Positions 37,146 through 46,526 of a stretch of 53,754 bases of DNA are shown in pieces. Location of the stretch: positions 1 through 53,754 of the IMG/VR virus record IMGVR_UViG_3300032218_003168. One strand, written 5' to 3'. How positions within the stretch are numbered: position 1 is the stretch's first letter; the number at the start of each line of letters is the position of its first letter. This DNA comes from a virus. Lineage: Duplodnaviria > Caudoviricetes. The translations under genes and the position numbers were made by a program. The notes beneath the pieces are model-generated. The model ran no database searches, was not told the origin of the DNA, and saw only the letters and a list, made by a program, of their open reading frames with translations.

Positions 37146-38258
37146 CTATGTATACGTAAATTGGTCGGCTACAACGTTGCTAGAAGCAGCACCAGAAGTT
37201 TTCAATAATATATTTACAGTTTCAGCAACTCCATGATAAGGTGATATTGTAGTAATTTGTGTATCACTATCTACATTAAACGAAGCATAACTGTCACCGA
37301 AAACAACTGTTTGGGTTTGTGTAAATCCAGATCCTGTAATAATAACTTGCGTATTAGCAAATCTAGATCCAGTATTTGGAACAACGCTTGTTACAACTGG
37401 AGTAGGATAAAAATAAGTAAACTGGTCTGCCAAACAAGTAGCACTAGTGCCGCCGTTATTAATTACATACAAATCGACAACACTGGCATATGATGTAGCA
37501 GGACTTACTGCAGTAATTTGTGTATCACTATTAATTACAAATGAAGATGCGTAAGAGCCACCGAATTTAACAGCAGTAGCGCCAGTAAAATACTTACCTG
37601 TAATGACCGTTGTTGTGCCACCACCAATTGGTCCTGTCGCAACACTTATACCAGTTATAACTGGCGGCGCTAACATTTCCATACCAGATAACGAATAAGT
37701 TACGTTACCAAAACCTAGAATGAATGCGCTTGTACCAGAAATACTTGCTGTATAATTTGAAGCAGCGACCAAAGAAGTTGCATTAGTGATGCTTAAAATT
37801 TGCTGAGTTGATGGCGTAGCACCAGTAACTAGAATATATGATCCAGGAGTTAACGTTGTGAAGTTAGTATTTGAGCCAGTAACGTTTGGTGAACCAGCAG
37901 TAACAGCAATAGATAAGTTTGCAGTATTACTACTTCCACTAGCATCTAAAATTTGTACAGAAGAGGTTTGAGTCGTACTTACGTAAATAGCATCATTTGG
38001 CGCTAGTGACATTACAGCTGTAGCAAAAACTGTAGAATATGCATTAACTACAGCGTTGGCGTAAATATACTGGCTATTATTAGCAGCCGCATCACCCTGC
38101 GCTACAGTAATAGAAAAACGATTAGTTGATGCGTCGATATTACATACGTTCAATATCGATAAAGAAGTATAAGATACATTCGTTGGAGCTTTATAAAGTA
38201 ATGTAAGCGCATTAGTATTTGGTTTAATTTGGCCAAGCATTTTAGGTATAGATGTCAT
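37146..38258 (-). CDS. Structural protein with two C-terminal IPT/TIG (Ig-like) domains
   Basis: P.IT.IS...GP..GGT...ITG..F......V.FG and ..SDTQIT..SP...DQFTY each occur twice. The ATG at 38258 with a GGAG SD is preferred over the track start at 38270. Confidence 0.75.
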   Translation of the reverse strand: MTSIPKMLGQIKPNTNALTLLYKAPTNVSYTSLSILNVCNIDASTNRFSITVAQGDAAANNSQYIYANAVVNAYSTVFATAVMSLAPNDAIYVSTTQTSSVQILDASGSSNTANLSIAVTAGSPNVTGSNTNFTTLTPGSYILVTGATPSTQQILSITNATSLVAASNYTASISGTSAFILGFGNVTYSLSGMEMLAPPVITGISVATGPIGGGTTTVITGKYFTGATAVKFGGSYASSFVINSDTQITAVSPATSYASVVDLYVINNGGTSATCLADQFTYFYPTPVVTSVVPNTGSRFANTQVIITGSGFTQTQTVVFGDSYASFNVDSDTQITTISPYHGVAETVNILLKTSGAASSNVVADQFTYT

Positions 38259-38259
38259 A

Positions 38260-38598
38260 TTATACTCCAATAATTACGTTAGGGGCGGCTGTTCCAACAA
38301 TTTCACATTGTCCGCCACATGTACACTGATAAAAATCAAAAACTTTAATTACTGGTCTTCCGTTAATAAGAACACCTCCTTGCGAAGGAACAGCAAACCC
38401 TATACAAGGCAAAACATTTCTTCCTATAACAACAGTATGAACAGTTGTTTTGTCTCCAGCTAGAACAGGTGGGAGTCCATTAATTAATACACCAACTGCA
38501 GTTGGACCATCTGATGTAGTGTAAACTGTCGTAGTTGGGTGCATAACCAATGCTGGTGACGTCATTATGGAAGTTGCGACGGGTCCTGGTCCTGGCAT
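38260..38598 (-). CDS. PAAR-like spike tip protein (gp5.4-like)
   Basis: Two VLING.P....D repeats, His/Cys metal ligands (H, C, CxCGGxC), C-terminal NV.IG; follows the gp5 beta-helix gene. Confidence 0.8.
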   Translation of the reverse strand: MPGPGPVATSIMTSPALVMHPTTTVYTTSDGPTAVGVLINGLPPVLAGDKTTVHTVVIGRNVLPCIGFAVPSQGGVLINGRPVIKVFDFYQCTCGGQCEIVGTAAPNVIIGV

Positions 38599-38618
38599 AT
38601 AAGACTCCTTTTTATTAT

Positions 38619-39479
38619 TTAGTTAATCATAACAGGAGCACCGAGTATCATTGTAGGACCTTCGCTGATTACGTTAATTGTAGGAGAATTAATTAATATA
38701 GAAGCAGCAGTCATTGTTATTGTAGAAACACCAACTTTAAAAATGATAGATGCTGGAGTCATAATTATAGAAGCAGGAGCGGCTGCAGCACTAGCAACTC
38801 CGCCAACCTGAAACGCTCCACCCGCTGCTATAGATACTAATGGTAAACCAGCCAAATTTAATTGACCTTTAGAATTAATATAAGCAGAGCCAAGAGCATC
38901 AAAACTCAAATTGGCATTTACGATATGACCTTCATTTGTCCCAACTTGAAATGCAACGTCTTCAGTTGATGTAACTAAAACTTCTTGGCCAGATTGAATA
39001 GAGTATCCCTGCTCTCCATAATTATCTACACGACCACTATTAGTAATAAACGTTTGATCGCCTTCAACAGTATGTAATCCATTACCTCCAGTAGCAAAAG
39101 TTTTTTTATTTTGAGATGATGCTTCAATGTTATCGCCATCATGAGCTTCATGATTAGCGCCTGCATTTTCAATCATTTTACCATTTTGAGTTTTCTGATA
39201 ACGTTGATCAGCGTAAGAGTCATGTCCTTTAGCTAAAGATTCTGTATAACTATCTGAATATTTCTTATGCGCTCCTTGAATAACATGAGAAAGATCTCCA
39301 CTCTCGTTATATTGCGATACCGAATATTCACCATCCATGTTGATTTGACCATCAACATGTCCTTCTTGACCTTGTTTAAGATTTCTTTGCTGGGCGCTAC
39401 CATCTAAATGTGTGGCCCATTGAGTAAGATAATCGTCAGCTTCGTTTGCATCATCTATTCGTTTATCATTAGATGGCAT
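38619..39479 (-). CDS. gp5 C-terminal beta-helix spike-like protein
   Basis: Short periodic beta repeats, VG.S.ITMT...I.I.SP.I.. ending in IN as in gp5/VgrG spikes; directly upstream of PAAR. Confidence 0.6.
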   Translation of the reverse strand: MPSNDKRIDDANEADDYLTQWATHLDGSAQQRNLKQGQEGHVDGQINMDGEYSVSQYNESGDLSHVIQGAHKKYSDSYTESLAKGHDSYADQRYQKTQNGKMIENAGANHEAHDGDNIEASSQNKKTFATGGNGLHTVEGDQTFITNSGRVDNYGEQGYSIQSGQEVLVTSTEDVAFQVGTNEGHIVNANLSFDALGSAYINSKGQLNLAGLPLVSIAAGGAFQVGGVASAAAAPASIIMTPASIIFKVGVSTITMTAASILINSPTINVISEGPTMILGAPVMIN

Positions 39480-40726
39480 TACAGTCTCCTTGTTACATTC
39501 ATTATCAATCCAGGTATAGCATTATAATTTAACTTACCACCAACTGCTAATCTAGCAACTTGATTAACTAAACCTTGTGCAATGTTACCAGCATTGTTAT
39601 ATGGCGAATTTCCGCCGCCGAACATATTTGCCATTTGAAATGCTACTTTTGTCATTGCTACGTTTTTAGTTGACATCGCTGTAGCACGGGTAATTACGCC
39701 TGGATTTAAATAAGATCTAAACAGACCACTTAATAGACTAGTAATCATATTTCCGCCTCTACCAAACATCATATTTATTGCATTACCGATCAAATTAGCA
39801 GCTGCTTGACCAAGGATTAATTTTAATCCATTATTTTGAACATTGTTTTGATGGTATGTTAATACTGGAACTAATTGAGCTGCTGTTACTTTTTCAGGTC
39901 CACCAGCATATTGTATTAAAGCTTTAATATCTTTTTCTAATGCTGATGAAGTCACCGCAGTAAGATCAATATGCTCTGTACCTGTAAGTGTAGGAGTATT
40001 TGCTAATTTAATAGCAACGTCATGATTAGAAACTAATATAGAAACATCAACTGTTTTACCATCAACTGTATACGTTTGAGTTATAGTTGTTCCAGGAGTG
40101 GCGCTAGCGATCATAGCAGCCAGCGATGTTGGATCTAAACCAAGAAGAACACCACCAAGAGTTGTCGCTGTCGCCAAAGCGGTATTAGCATTCGTTGTAG
40201 CGTTTAATGTTGCAATTGAAGCTGCTGTAGCTTGTGCTGCTTGTACATAAGACGTTGTATAATAACCTGTTGGTTTATTATTGAGCATGCTACGAATACC
40301 TAAATTCATAGCAGCATTTAAACTAGGAGCAAGAGTTGAACCAAGACCTGGCATTACATTATTTAACATTCCCATCATCGGCGCAATTCCAAATTGGCGT
40401 CCTAAGTTACTAAGAACATTACCAAGAGCACCACTCATTATATTACCGACGCCAGCTGGACTGGACACATTACCCATCATAGAAAGCATAAGCATTTTTT
40501 GAACTGCTTGTTGAATAACTGCAGTTTCTGAACCAGGATCTTTTGATTGAATAACTTGAAGGACTGGTCCTTGAGCGGTTGCTGTTGATGGAGCTTTTGG
40601 TTGTGCTTGTGGTGGAGCTGCTTGTACATTTGTACTGTTTACAGCAACCTCTATCAAAGCTACTCCAGAACCAGCGCCTAAATTAGTACCAGCGTTAGAA
40701 CTACCTGTATCTGTTGATAATGCCAT
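39479..40726 (-). CDS. Hypothetical A/G/N/M-rich protein inside the gp5 locus
   Basis: 415-aa ORF coupled on both sides by TAATG overlaps; no catalytic motif recognised. Confidence 0.6.
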   Translation of the reverse strand: MALSTDTGSSNAGTNLGAGSGVALIEVAVNSTNVQAAPPQAQPKAPSTATAQGPVLQVIQSKDPGSETAVIQQAVQKMLMLSMMGNVSSPAGVGNIMSGALGNVLSNLGRQFGIAPMMGMLNNVMPGLGSTLAPSLNAAMNLGIRSMLNNKPTGYYTTSYVQAAQATAASIATLNATTNANTALATATTLGGVLLGLDPTSLAAMIASATPGTTITQTYTVDGKTVDVSILVSNHDVAIKLANTPTLTGTEHIDLTAVTSSALEKDIKALIQYAGGPEKVTAAQLVPVLTYHQNNVQNNGLKLILGQAAANLIGNAINMMFGRGGNMITSLLSGLFRSYLNPGVITRATAMSTKNVAMTKVAFQMANMFGGGNSPYNNAGNIAQGLVNQVARLAVGGKLNYNAIPGLIMNVTRRL

Positions 40727-41232
40727 TATCCTAATCCATTATTGTTTATGTTTGGATTAGCATTATAGTCGGTATCACCATCGTCTTTTGCTAATGCATA
40801 CTGTTCATCATTTTTCTGGTTTGCTTTTATATTTCCAGGATCTTTTGGATCATCTGGTTTACCAGGAGTTGATTTATTACCATCGTTAGAACCATCTGGC
40901 TCTGGGTTTTTTGGATCTGTAACCTCAGCAAAACCAGCTCTATGCATACTACCTATAACACAAGGGATCTGTTTAGTTTCTGGATCTAACCAAAACCCAA
41001 TAAGGCAAGTACCAGGAAGATAGTTAGTTGTGGTTCCAATTTTATTTAAAGAAGGTGTATTATTCATAACAGGATAAGCCCATGGCAAATCTGTATCAGG
41101 GATAGGAGTATCTCCAACGTTGTGATGACCATGAACGATTACTTTTACTTTGCCAGCTTTGTCTGGATCACGAATATCCCTAACTTCGCATGTGAAAAAT
41201 CCAAGACCAATCCCTAACGCTTGTTCGGTCAT
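40726..41232 (-). CDS. gp5 N-terminal OB-fold domain as a stand-alone gene
   Basis: V.D..DP...G.VKV...G.H, LPWA, G....GFWLD...Q.P..IGS. Start at 41232 (ATGA overlap, AAGGAG SD) is preferred over 41253. Confidence 0.85.
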   Translation of the reverse strand: MTEQALGIGLGFFTCEVRDIRDPDKAGKVKVIVHGHHNVGDTPIPDTDLPWAYPVMNNTPSLNKIGTTTNYLPGTCLIGFWLDPETKQIPCVIGSMHRAGFAEVTDPKNPEPDGSNDGNKSTPGKPDDPKDPGNIKANQKNDEQYALAKDDGDTDYNANPNINNNGLG

Positions 41233-42443
41233 GCGTAAGCTCCTTTCAAACATTCAAGATTACATACATATCTAGGCAGATCGGCTGCAGAATGTATTTC
41301 GTGTTCTACTTTTGATATCAACCAACGTCCATACATCTGGTCTTCTTTTTGACCGTCTGAATCTGTTGCCGATGTAATTTTAGGAACGTCGCAAAATATC
41401 GTTCTACCTGCTTCTAAAACTGGGTCTCCGATAGCAGACATATGCATCATCTGTTCTTGCATCTGTGCTAAATTCAATTGCTTATATGGTATAGTCGCAG
41501 GAACATAACTCTGTGGTATATTTGTTTTCTGATTTGGGTTTCGATAACTCATTACAGTTCTTCCAGCATTTTCACCACCGAACAATCCTCTAAATAAATC
41601 ATATGACCAGCTACCCATAGCACTTATTGGATTAATATCATTGAAATTAGAAACTTTATAACTAAGAGTGTTTGGATCAAATACAGCGACACGCTGATTA
41701 ACAACACCAGCTTTTGCACGGTTCATAGCGTCAAAATTTTGAACAACTTTCCATGCTAGGATATTATCGTCTACACTTTTATTGATAGAAGTGCCAATTG
41801 TAAAATCCTGTTTAAATATTTTAACATCTCCAGCGTTTAACATTCCCTCTAAAGTTTCGAAATGAAAACTGCTCCATGTTTGCCAAAACATATAATTTGA
41901 AGATTGATATATAGCCGAAACAGCTTCTTTTCTAAGCATTTCTATTGCATCATAAACCGTTTGGCTTGATATTTTTATATTTCTGTTGCCTTTAGTTGGC
42001 TCGGTTATTATTCCAGAAGTACTGTTAAGTTTAGAGAAAACATCTTGAACTATTGAATCGATTGGTTCGTTATATGCTTCTTGTACATTGATAATTCTTC
42101 CAGAAATAACTTCTCTAGAAATACAACTCAACATATACGTTTTAGATTTTGCCGAACCTTGTATTTCGACTTGACGAACACTATTTAAATGGAAATCATA
42201 ATAAAGAACAGAATCATCAGTTAATTTTGTTATTTGAAAATATACAGTTTCAGTTCCTTGTAATTGTAAACGACCGATCCAATCATCCGTGTCGACAACT
42301 TTAATTTCTGCAGATACACCAGCTGTAAATATAGTTTCAAGAATTGACGCTGATACCATACTAGCTCTCGCATCCCAACTTCCAGAAATAGGAGATGAAA
42401 TGAGAATAGTATCTACAGAAATATCACCAGGATTATACCCCAT
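41229..42443 (-). CDS. Baseplate hub protein (gp27-like)
   Basis: I.E.IF, YMFWQ....FHF..LE, GD..L.AG, G.WLI..V.H; lies between gp53 and gp5. Confidence 0.65.
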   Translation of the reverse strand: MGYNPGDISVDTILISSPISGSWDARASMVSASILETIFTAGVSAEIKVVDTDDWIGRLQLQGTETVYFQITKLTDDSVLYYDFHLNSVRQVEIQGSAKSKTYMLSCISREVISGRIINVQEAYNEPIDSIVQDVFSKLNSTSGIITEPTKGNRNIKISSQTVYDAIEMLRKEAVSAIYQSSNYMFWQTWSSFHFETLEGMLNAGDVKIFKQDFTIGTSINKSVDDNILAWKVVQNFDAMNRAKAGVVNQRVAVFDPNTLSYKVSNFNDINPISAMGSWSYDLFRGLFGGENAGRTVMSYRNPNQKTNIPQSYVPATIPYKQLNLAQMQEQMMHMSAIGDPVLEAGRTIFCDVPKITSATDSDGQKEDQMYGRWLISKVEHEIHSAADLPRYVCNLECLKGAYA

Positions 42444-43294
42444 TACTGTTTCATAACTTTCTTAACGGTTTTTAGGAAATCTGGTATAAAATCTGTTTTC
42501 AATAAATTGATTATTTTATTACCTTCGTTCTTTTCGTTTTCCATATTATAATAACTTACTGGCGACCAGTAATTTGTAACGTCAATTGGTATATTGTTAC
42601 TTAGATAATTGATAGCAGTTATTGTACAGTTCGAACCACTTTCGGTTCCATAAACATAACCAGTGTTTAACGTTCCCTGTAATTTATTAACAGTCAAAGA
42701 GCTAGTATTAGATATAACGACCTGTGCTGTACCATTAGAACCAAAATTAATAACTTCATTTTGTATATACGGTGTGTTACTTGTAGCACCAGTTATAGTT
42801 AATGCTACAGTATAATTTGTTGATAAAGTCCACTCATCTTTTTTTCTAGAATAAGTTACCGCTGTTCCATAAGAATCAAACCCAGTAGCGACCCAATAAT
42901 CTTTTTGATTTACAGTCATACCAGCATATGTATCAGCTGATACTGGATTTGTTGTAGCCCAGTTATTTCTCCAGTAAACAATTTTATTCATAGCGTTCGA
43001 AATAGAACCGTATTTTACTGTAATAAAATCGTTAAATTGACTCGTATCCATATACCATTCATAATATGGGTCTACAATTTCATTTGACAGATAAACAACC
43101 CAACTTAAATACGGATCGTTATATGTTTGGTTTGCTACACTATCTGCTCTGATTCCATTTACTATAGATGCTGGATAATATGCATATGGGTTTTTTAAAG
43201 CGTTAGGAAAAACAACTACACGCTCGGTTATATCAACAACCTTATTGTTTGCGTAATCTATAGTTTTAAAATTAGTGAAATAAGGAGTTGGCAT
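42443..43294 (-). CDS. gp53: Baseplate wedge subunit gp53
   Basis: YF..F..I.Y, R.D.VA...Y.D....WV....N.I.DP..EW, Y..E...NE....I.LL motifs. Confidence 0.85.
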   Translation of the reverse strand: MPTPYFTNFKTIDYANNKVVDITERVVVFPNALKNPYAYYPASIVNGIRADSVANQTYNDPYLSWVVYLSNEIVDPYYEWYMDTSQFNDFITVKYGSISNAMNKIVYWRNNWATTNPVSADTYAGMTVNQKDYWVATGFDSYGTAVTYSRKKDEWTLSTNYTVALTITGATSNTPYIQNEVINFGSNGTAQVVISNTSSLTVNKLQGTLNTGYVYGTESGSNCTITAINYLSNNIPIDVTNYWSPVSYYNMENEKNEGNKIINLLKTDFIPDFLKTVKKVMKQ

Positions 43295-43299
43295 TTATA

Positions 43300-44019
43300 T
43301 TACCCGAAATCAGATTGTGTAAAGTATTCAATTTCTGTCGTCGTCATTCGAATTTCTACCACTGTTGGTGCCGCATCACCTGTAGCAGAACTACCAAAAA
43401 ATGATGGCTGTCCTTCTGGCGTATAATTAACATCGAATGATTTAATAATTGCTGGTTTAAAAACATAACTAAAATATTGAGAAGTAACACAACTCAAAGT
43501 CATTTGAACAATATTAGGATATTTTAAACCAAAACTATTTAAATTTTTCTTAGGAAGTTGATTAAATTTAATAGTGTTTATTATACTATTTAATGTTTCA
43601 GATTCAGTTTTTTTGGTTGGCGCTAAACGCCACATAAAATTATGACTTTTGAAAGCTGGAGCTCTATACATTATAGCAAGCAATGGGTTTGCTATCTCGC
43701 CAGCAACAGCCAGCGCAGCCGCTGCCATTCCAGATACTATACCAAAACTTTCTGTAGAATAATCTTGCTCCTGGTGATCAATTAAAGAATTTGGTATAGG
43801 TAATCTTATAGTTCCTAAATCATTTAATACTGTTGTTGTACCTCTAAGAAAATCGTTAATATTTGTAATCGTCGGTCTTTGATACTCATAAAAACTTAAA
43901 GACATCCAGTAATTAAATGGAGGCGTACCTAAATCTTCTGGGAAAGCTAGCTTTTTACCATTATTAATTGCTGGTATATTTGCTATTTTAGCTATGGTTT
44001 GTACTTCGGTAAGCGCCAT
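43300..44019 (-). CDS. gp48: Baseplate tail tube cap gp48
   Basis: I.LP.P, NP.....Y..P.F..H.F.W..AP....ES, YP, VNYTPEG and E.E motifs. Confidence 0.8.
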   Translation of the reverse strand: MALTEVQTIAKIANIPAINNGKKLAFPEDLGTPPFNYWMSLSFYEYQRPTITNINDFLRGTTTVLNDLGTIRLPIPNSLIDHQEQDYSTESFGIVSGMAAAALAVAGEIANPLLAIMYRAPAFKSHNFMWRLAPTKKTESETLNSIINTIKFNQLPKKNLNSFGLKYPNIVQMTLSCVTSQYFSYVFKPAIIKSFDVNYTPEGQPSFFGSSATGDAAPTVVEIRMTTTEIEYFTQSDFG

Positions 44020-44030
44020 TTAACTTCCTG

Positions 44031-44038
44031 TATAAATA
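44031..44038 (+). promoter_or_regulatory. T4-type late promoter TATAAATA for the gp4-gp2-gp54-gp26 operon
   Basis: Exact match 24 nt upstream of the ATG at 44063. Confidence 0.8.
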
Positions 44039-44047
44039 TATTTTTAC

Positions 44048-44055
44048 TATTTATT
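44048..44055 (-). promoter_or_regulatory. Near-consensus late promoter AATAAATA for the gp48 baseplate operon
   Basis: 7/8 match, 28 nt upstream of the gp48 ATG. Confidence 0.55.
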
Positions 44056-44062
44056 GGTTCCA

Positions 44063-44509
44063 ATGAAAACATACAAAGGTTATTTTAAACCACGAAACCC
44101 ACAAAAATACCGTGGAGACCCACGTAATATTATTTATAGGAGTTCTTGGGAACTTAAAATGATGTCGTATTTAGATACGCATACAGGAGTTTTAAGCTGG
44201 AGTTCTGAAGAGGTAGTCATTCCTTACCGCTCACCGATTGACGGTAGACTTCATAGATACTTTGTTGACTTCTTAGTTACATCAATAAATAGAGATGGAA
44301 TGAAAGAAACGACACTTATTGAGGTTAAACCAGCAGTTCAAACACGTCCACCTGTTCTTAAAGAAGGCAAAAAGACTAGGTCTTATGTTCAATCTGTAAT
44401 GACATGGGGAGTTAATGAAGCTAAGTGGAAAGCTGCGACTGAATACTGTATTGATCGTGGTTGGGCGTTTAAAATATTTACTGAAAAAGAACTAGGTATC
44501 AACTTTTAA
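44063..44509 (+). CDS. gp4: Head completion nuclease gp4
   Basis: P.NP.KY.GD, YRSSWE, WSSEE..IPY, HRYFVDF, EVKP and N.AKW.AA motifs. ATG at 44063 preferred. Confidence 0.93.
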   Translation: MKTYKGYFKPRNPQKYRGDPRNIIYRSSWELKMMSYLDTHTGVLSWSSEEVVIPYRSPIDGRLHRYFVDFLVTSINRDGMKETTLIEVKPAVQTRPPVLKEGKKTRSYVQSVMTWGVNEAKWKAATEYCIDRGWAFKIFTEKELGINF

Positions 44510-45111
44510 TGACAAAGCTTTTCCAAGAGATATTACAGGACAGTCAAAAGGCAGGAAGCAAAAGTCCTACCACAAAACAGGCTATTGACTGGCTACGTAA
44601 ACAGGCTCTTCAAGTTAAAACTGCGAATCCTAAATCACTTATTGATGATGCTGGTCCGTTCAAACGTCTTAGTAGCATTACTGAAAATTCTATTGGTAAA
44701 ATGTATATGTTTAGTTATGATCCTAAACATAAAGATGTTCTTCCGTACTACGATAACTACCCTTTAATATTTCCAGTAGAGATGTATAGCGATAGTTTCC
44801 TTGGTATAAACCTTCACTATCTTCCTCCGATGCTTAGAGCGAAACTTATGGACGCTTTAATGTCAACCATAAATAATAAGAAGTATGATAAAACAACAAA
44901 GCTCGTGATGTCATATCAGATTCTTAAAAGTGCATCGAAATTTAAGTATTTCGAGCCATGTTTGAAAAAGTATTTGTTTAATCATGTTAAATCGCCATTC
45001 GTTTATATTGCACCTGACGAATGGAATATTGCGTTGATGTTACCAACTGAAAGATTCGTCGGAGCTTCCAAGTCACAGGTCTTTAGAGATTCAACATCGA
45101 TGGTAAGATAA
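44509..45111 (+). CDS. gp2: DNA end protector protein gp2
   Basis: YDPK.K..LPYYD..PL, GINLHYLPP..R, C.K.YL..HV and LPT..F motifs. Confidence 0.93.
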   Translation: MTKLFQEILQDSQKAGSKSPTTKQAIDWLRKQALQVKTANPKSLIDDAGPFKRLSSITENSIGKMYMFSYDPKHKDVLPYYDNYPLIFPVEMYSDSFLGINLHYLPPMLRAKLMDALMSTINNKKYDKTTKLVMSYQILKSASKFKYFEPCLKKYLFNHVKSPFVYIAPDEWNIALMLPTERFVGASKSQVFRDSTSMVR

Positions 45112-45791
45112 TGGCATTTAATGTAGAAAAATTTAGAAGTAATATAGCTAAAAATGGTTTAATCCAAACAAACAAATATGACATTAACATGTCGTTTGGA
45201 TTGGGATCTGATCGACAAAGTCCTAGTCCTCAAAATTTTACAATAACCACAAATGGTCAAAGTGTAAATTTTACAGATATTTTAGCTGATTTAAGTAACC
45301 GTTGTATCAGTGCCAGTTTACCAGGTGTTGCTTTAAGAACAATTGATAGTAATAGATATGGTCTTGGTATTATTGAAAAAATGCCATATACAGGAAATTA
45401 TACAGATATATCTTTAACGTTTCTTTGCGATCGTTTAGGGTTAACTTATAATTTTTGGTACTCTTGGATAAATTATATTTTTGCTGTTAATGGCCACGAT
45501 TCTAACGGAACAGTAGATAAAACTTCTGGCGCACGTCCATATTATACTACGCAATATAAAGATTCTTATGCAGGTAATTTGAAAATAACAGTTTATGATC
45601 AAGGAGGTAATCCTTCTTTGGTTTACTCTTTATATAAAGCATATCCAATATCGATAAATGATACGGCTGTAAGTTGGAGCGATAATAATGATCTATTAAA
45701 ACTTACAACCACTATTACATTTCGTGAGTGGTCTTTTGAAGGAACAACTCTTAATGGCAATGGTGGCGGTTCATCAAATCTTTTGATTTAA
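45111..45791 (+). CDS. Tail tube initiator / gp19-gp54 family protein
   Basis: C..ASLPG, PY...Y..I.LTF, Y.L..AYP..I....SW and F..W motifs; lies between gp2 and gp26. Confidence 0.75.
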   Translation: MAFNVEKFRSNIAKNGLIQTNKYDINMSFGLGSDRQSPSPQNFTITTNGQSVNFTDILADLSNRCISASLPGVALRTIDSNRYGLGIIEKMPYTGNYTDISLTFLCDRLGLTYNFWYSWINYIFAVNGHDSNGTVDKTSGARPYYTTQYKDSYAGNLKITVYDQGGNPSLVYSLYKAYPISINDTAVSWSDNNDLLKLTTTITFREWSFEGTTLNGNGGGSSNLLI

Positions 45792-45812
45792 CAATTATAA
45801 TTGAGGTAAATT

Positions 45813-46526
45813 ATGGCACTTCCGAAAATTCAATATCCAACTACAATTATAAAAATTCCACCAACGAACAAAGAGTATATGTTCAGACCAATGTTGGTGA
45901 AAGAAGAGAAAATTCTTCTTATGGCTAAGGCAAGTGAAGATGAAACAGACATCCTAAGCTCTATTAAACAGGTAATCAATAACTGTTGTTTAGACGATAA
46001 GTTTGATGTGGATAGAATTCCTCTATTTGCTCTTGAATACGTATTCCTTAAGCTTAGAGCCATATCAATCGGTGATATTGTTAAAGTATCCTATCGAGAT
46101 TTCGAAGACGATAAAGTATACGATTTCAATATATCGCTCAATCAAGTAGAAATAAAGTATTCAGAAAACTCTGATGCGAAAATTGCCATCAACGATAAAG
46201 CGGGTATTATTATGGCGTATCCATCATCAAATCTATACAACGATAAAGAGTTTCTAGAAACTGTTGGCGAAGAATCTTCGTATCAACTTATCGTAAGATG
46301 TATCGATAAAATTTATGACGAAGAGAATGTATACGATTCAAAAGATTTTGATAATAAAGATCTTATGGAGTTCGTAGAGCTTTTAGACATTATGAGTTTT
46401 GAAAAAATTCGTAATTTTATGCAAAATATTCCAAGCTTATATTATAAAATAGAATATAAAAATGCTAATGGTGCTGATAGAGTAATTGAACTGACTTCGT
46501 TAACTGATTTTTTTACATTGCGCTGA
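45813..46526 (+). CDS. gp26: Baseplate hub assembly protein gp26
   Basis: MALPKI..P, RP.LVKEEKILLMA, EY.FL.LR..S.G, M.YP, C-terminal L.DFF. Confidence 0.9.
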   Translation: MALPKIQYPTTIIKIPPTNKEYMFRPMLVKEEKILLMAKASEDETDILSSIKQVINNCCLDDKFDVDRIPLFALEYVFLKLRAISIGDIVKVSYRDFEDDKVYDFNISLNQVEIKYSENSDAKIAINDKAGIIMAYPSSNLYNDKEFLETVGEESSYQLIVRCIDKIYDEENVYDSKDFDNKDLMEFVELLDIMSFEKIRNFMQNIPSLYYKIEYKNANGADRVIELTSLTDFFTLR

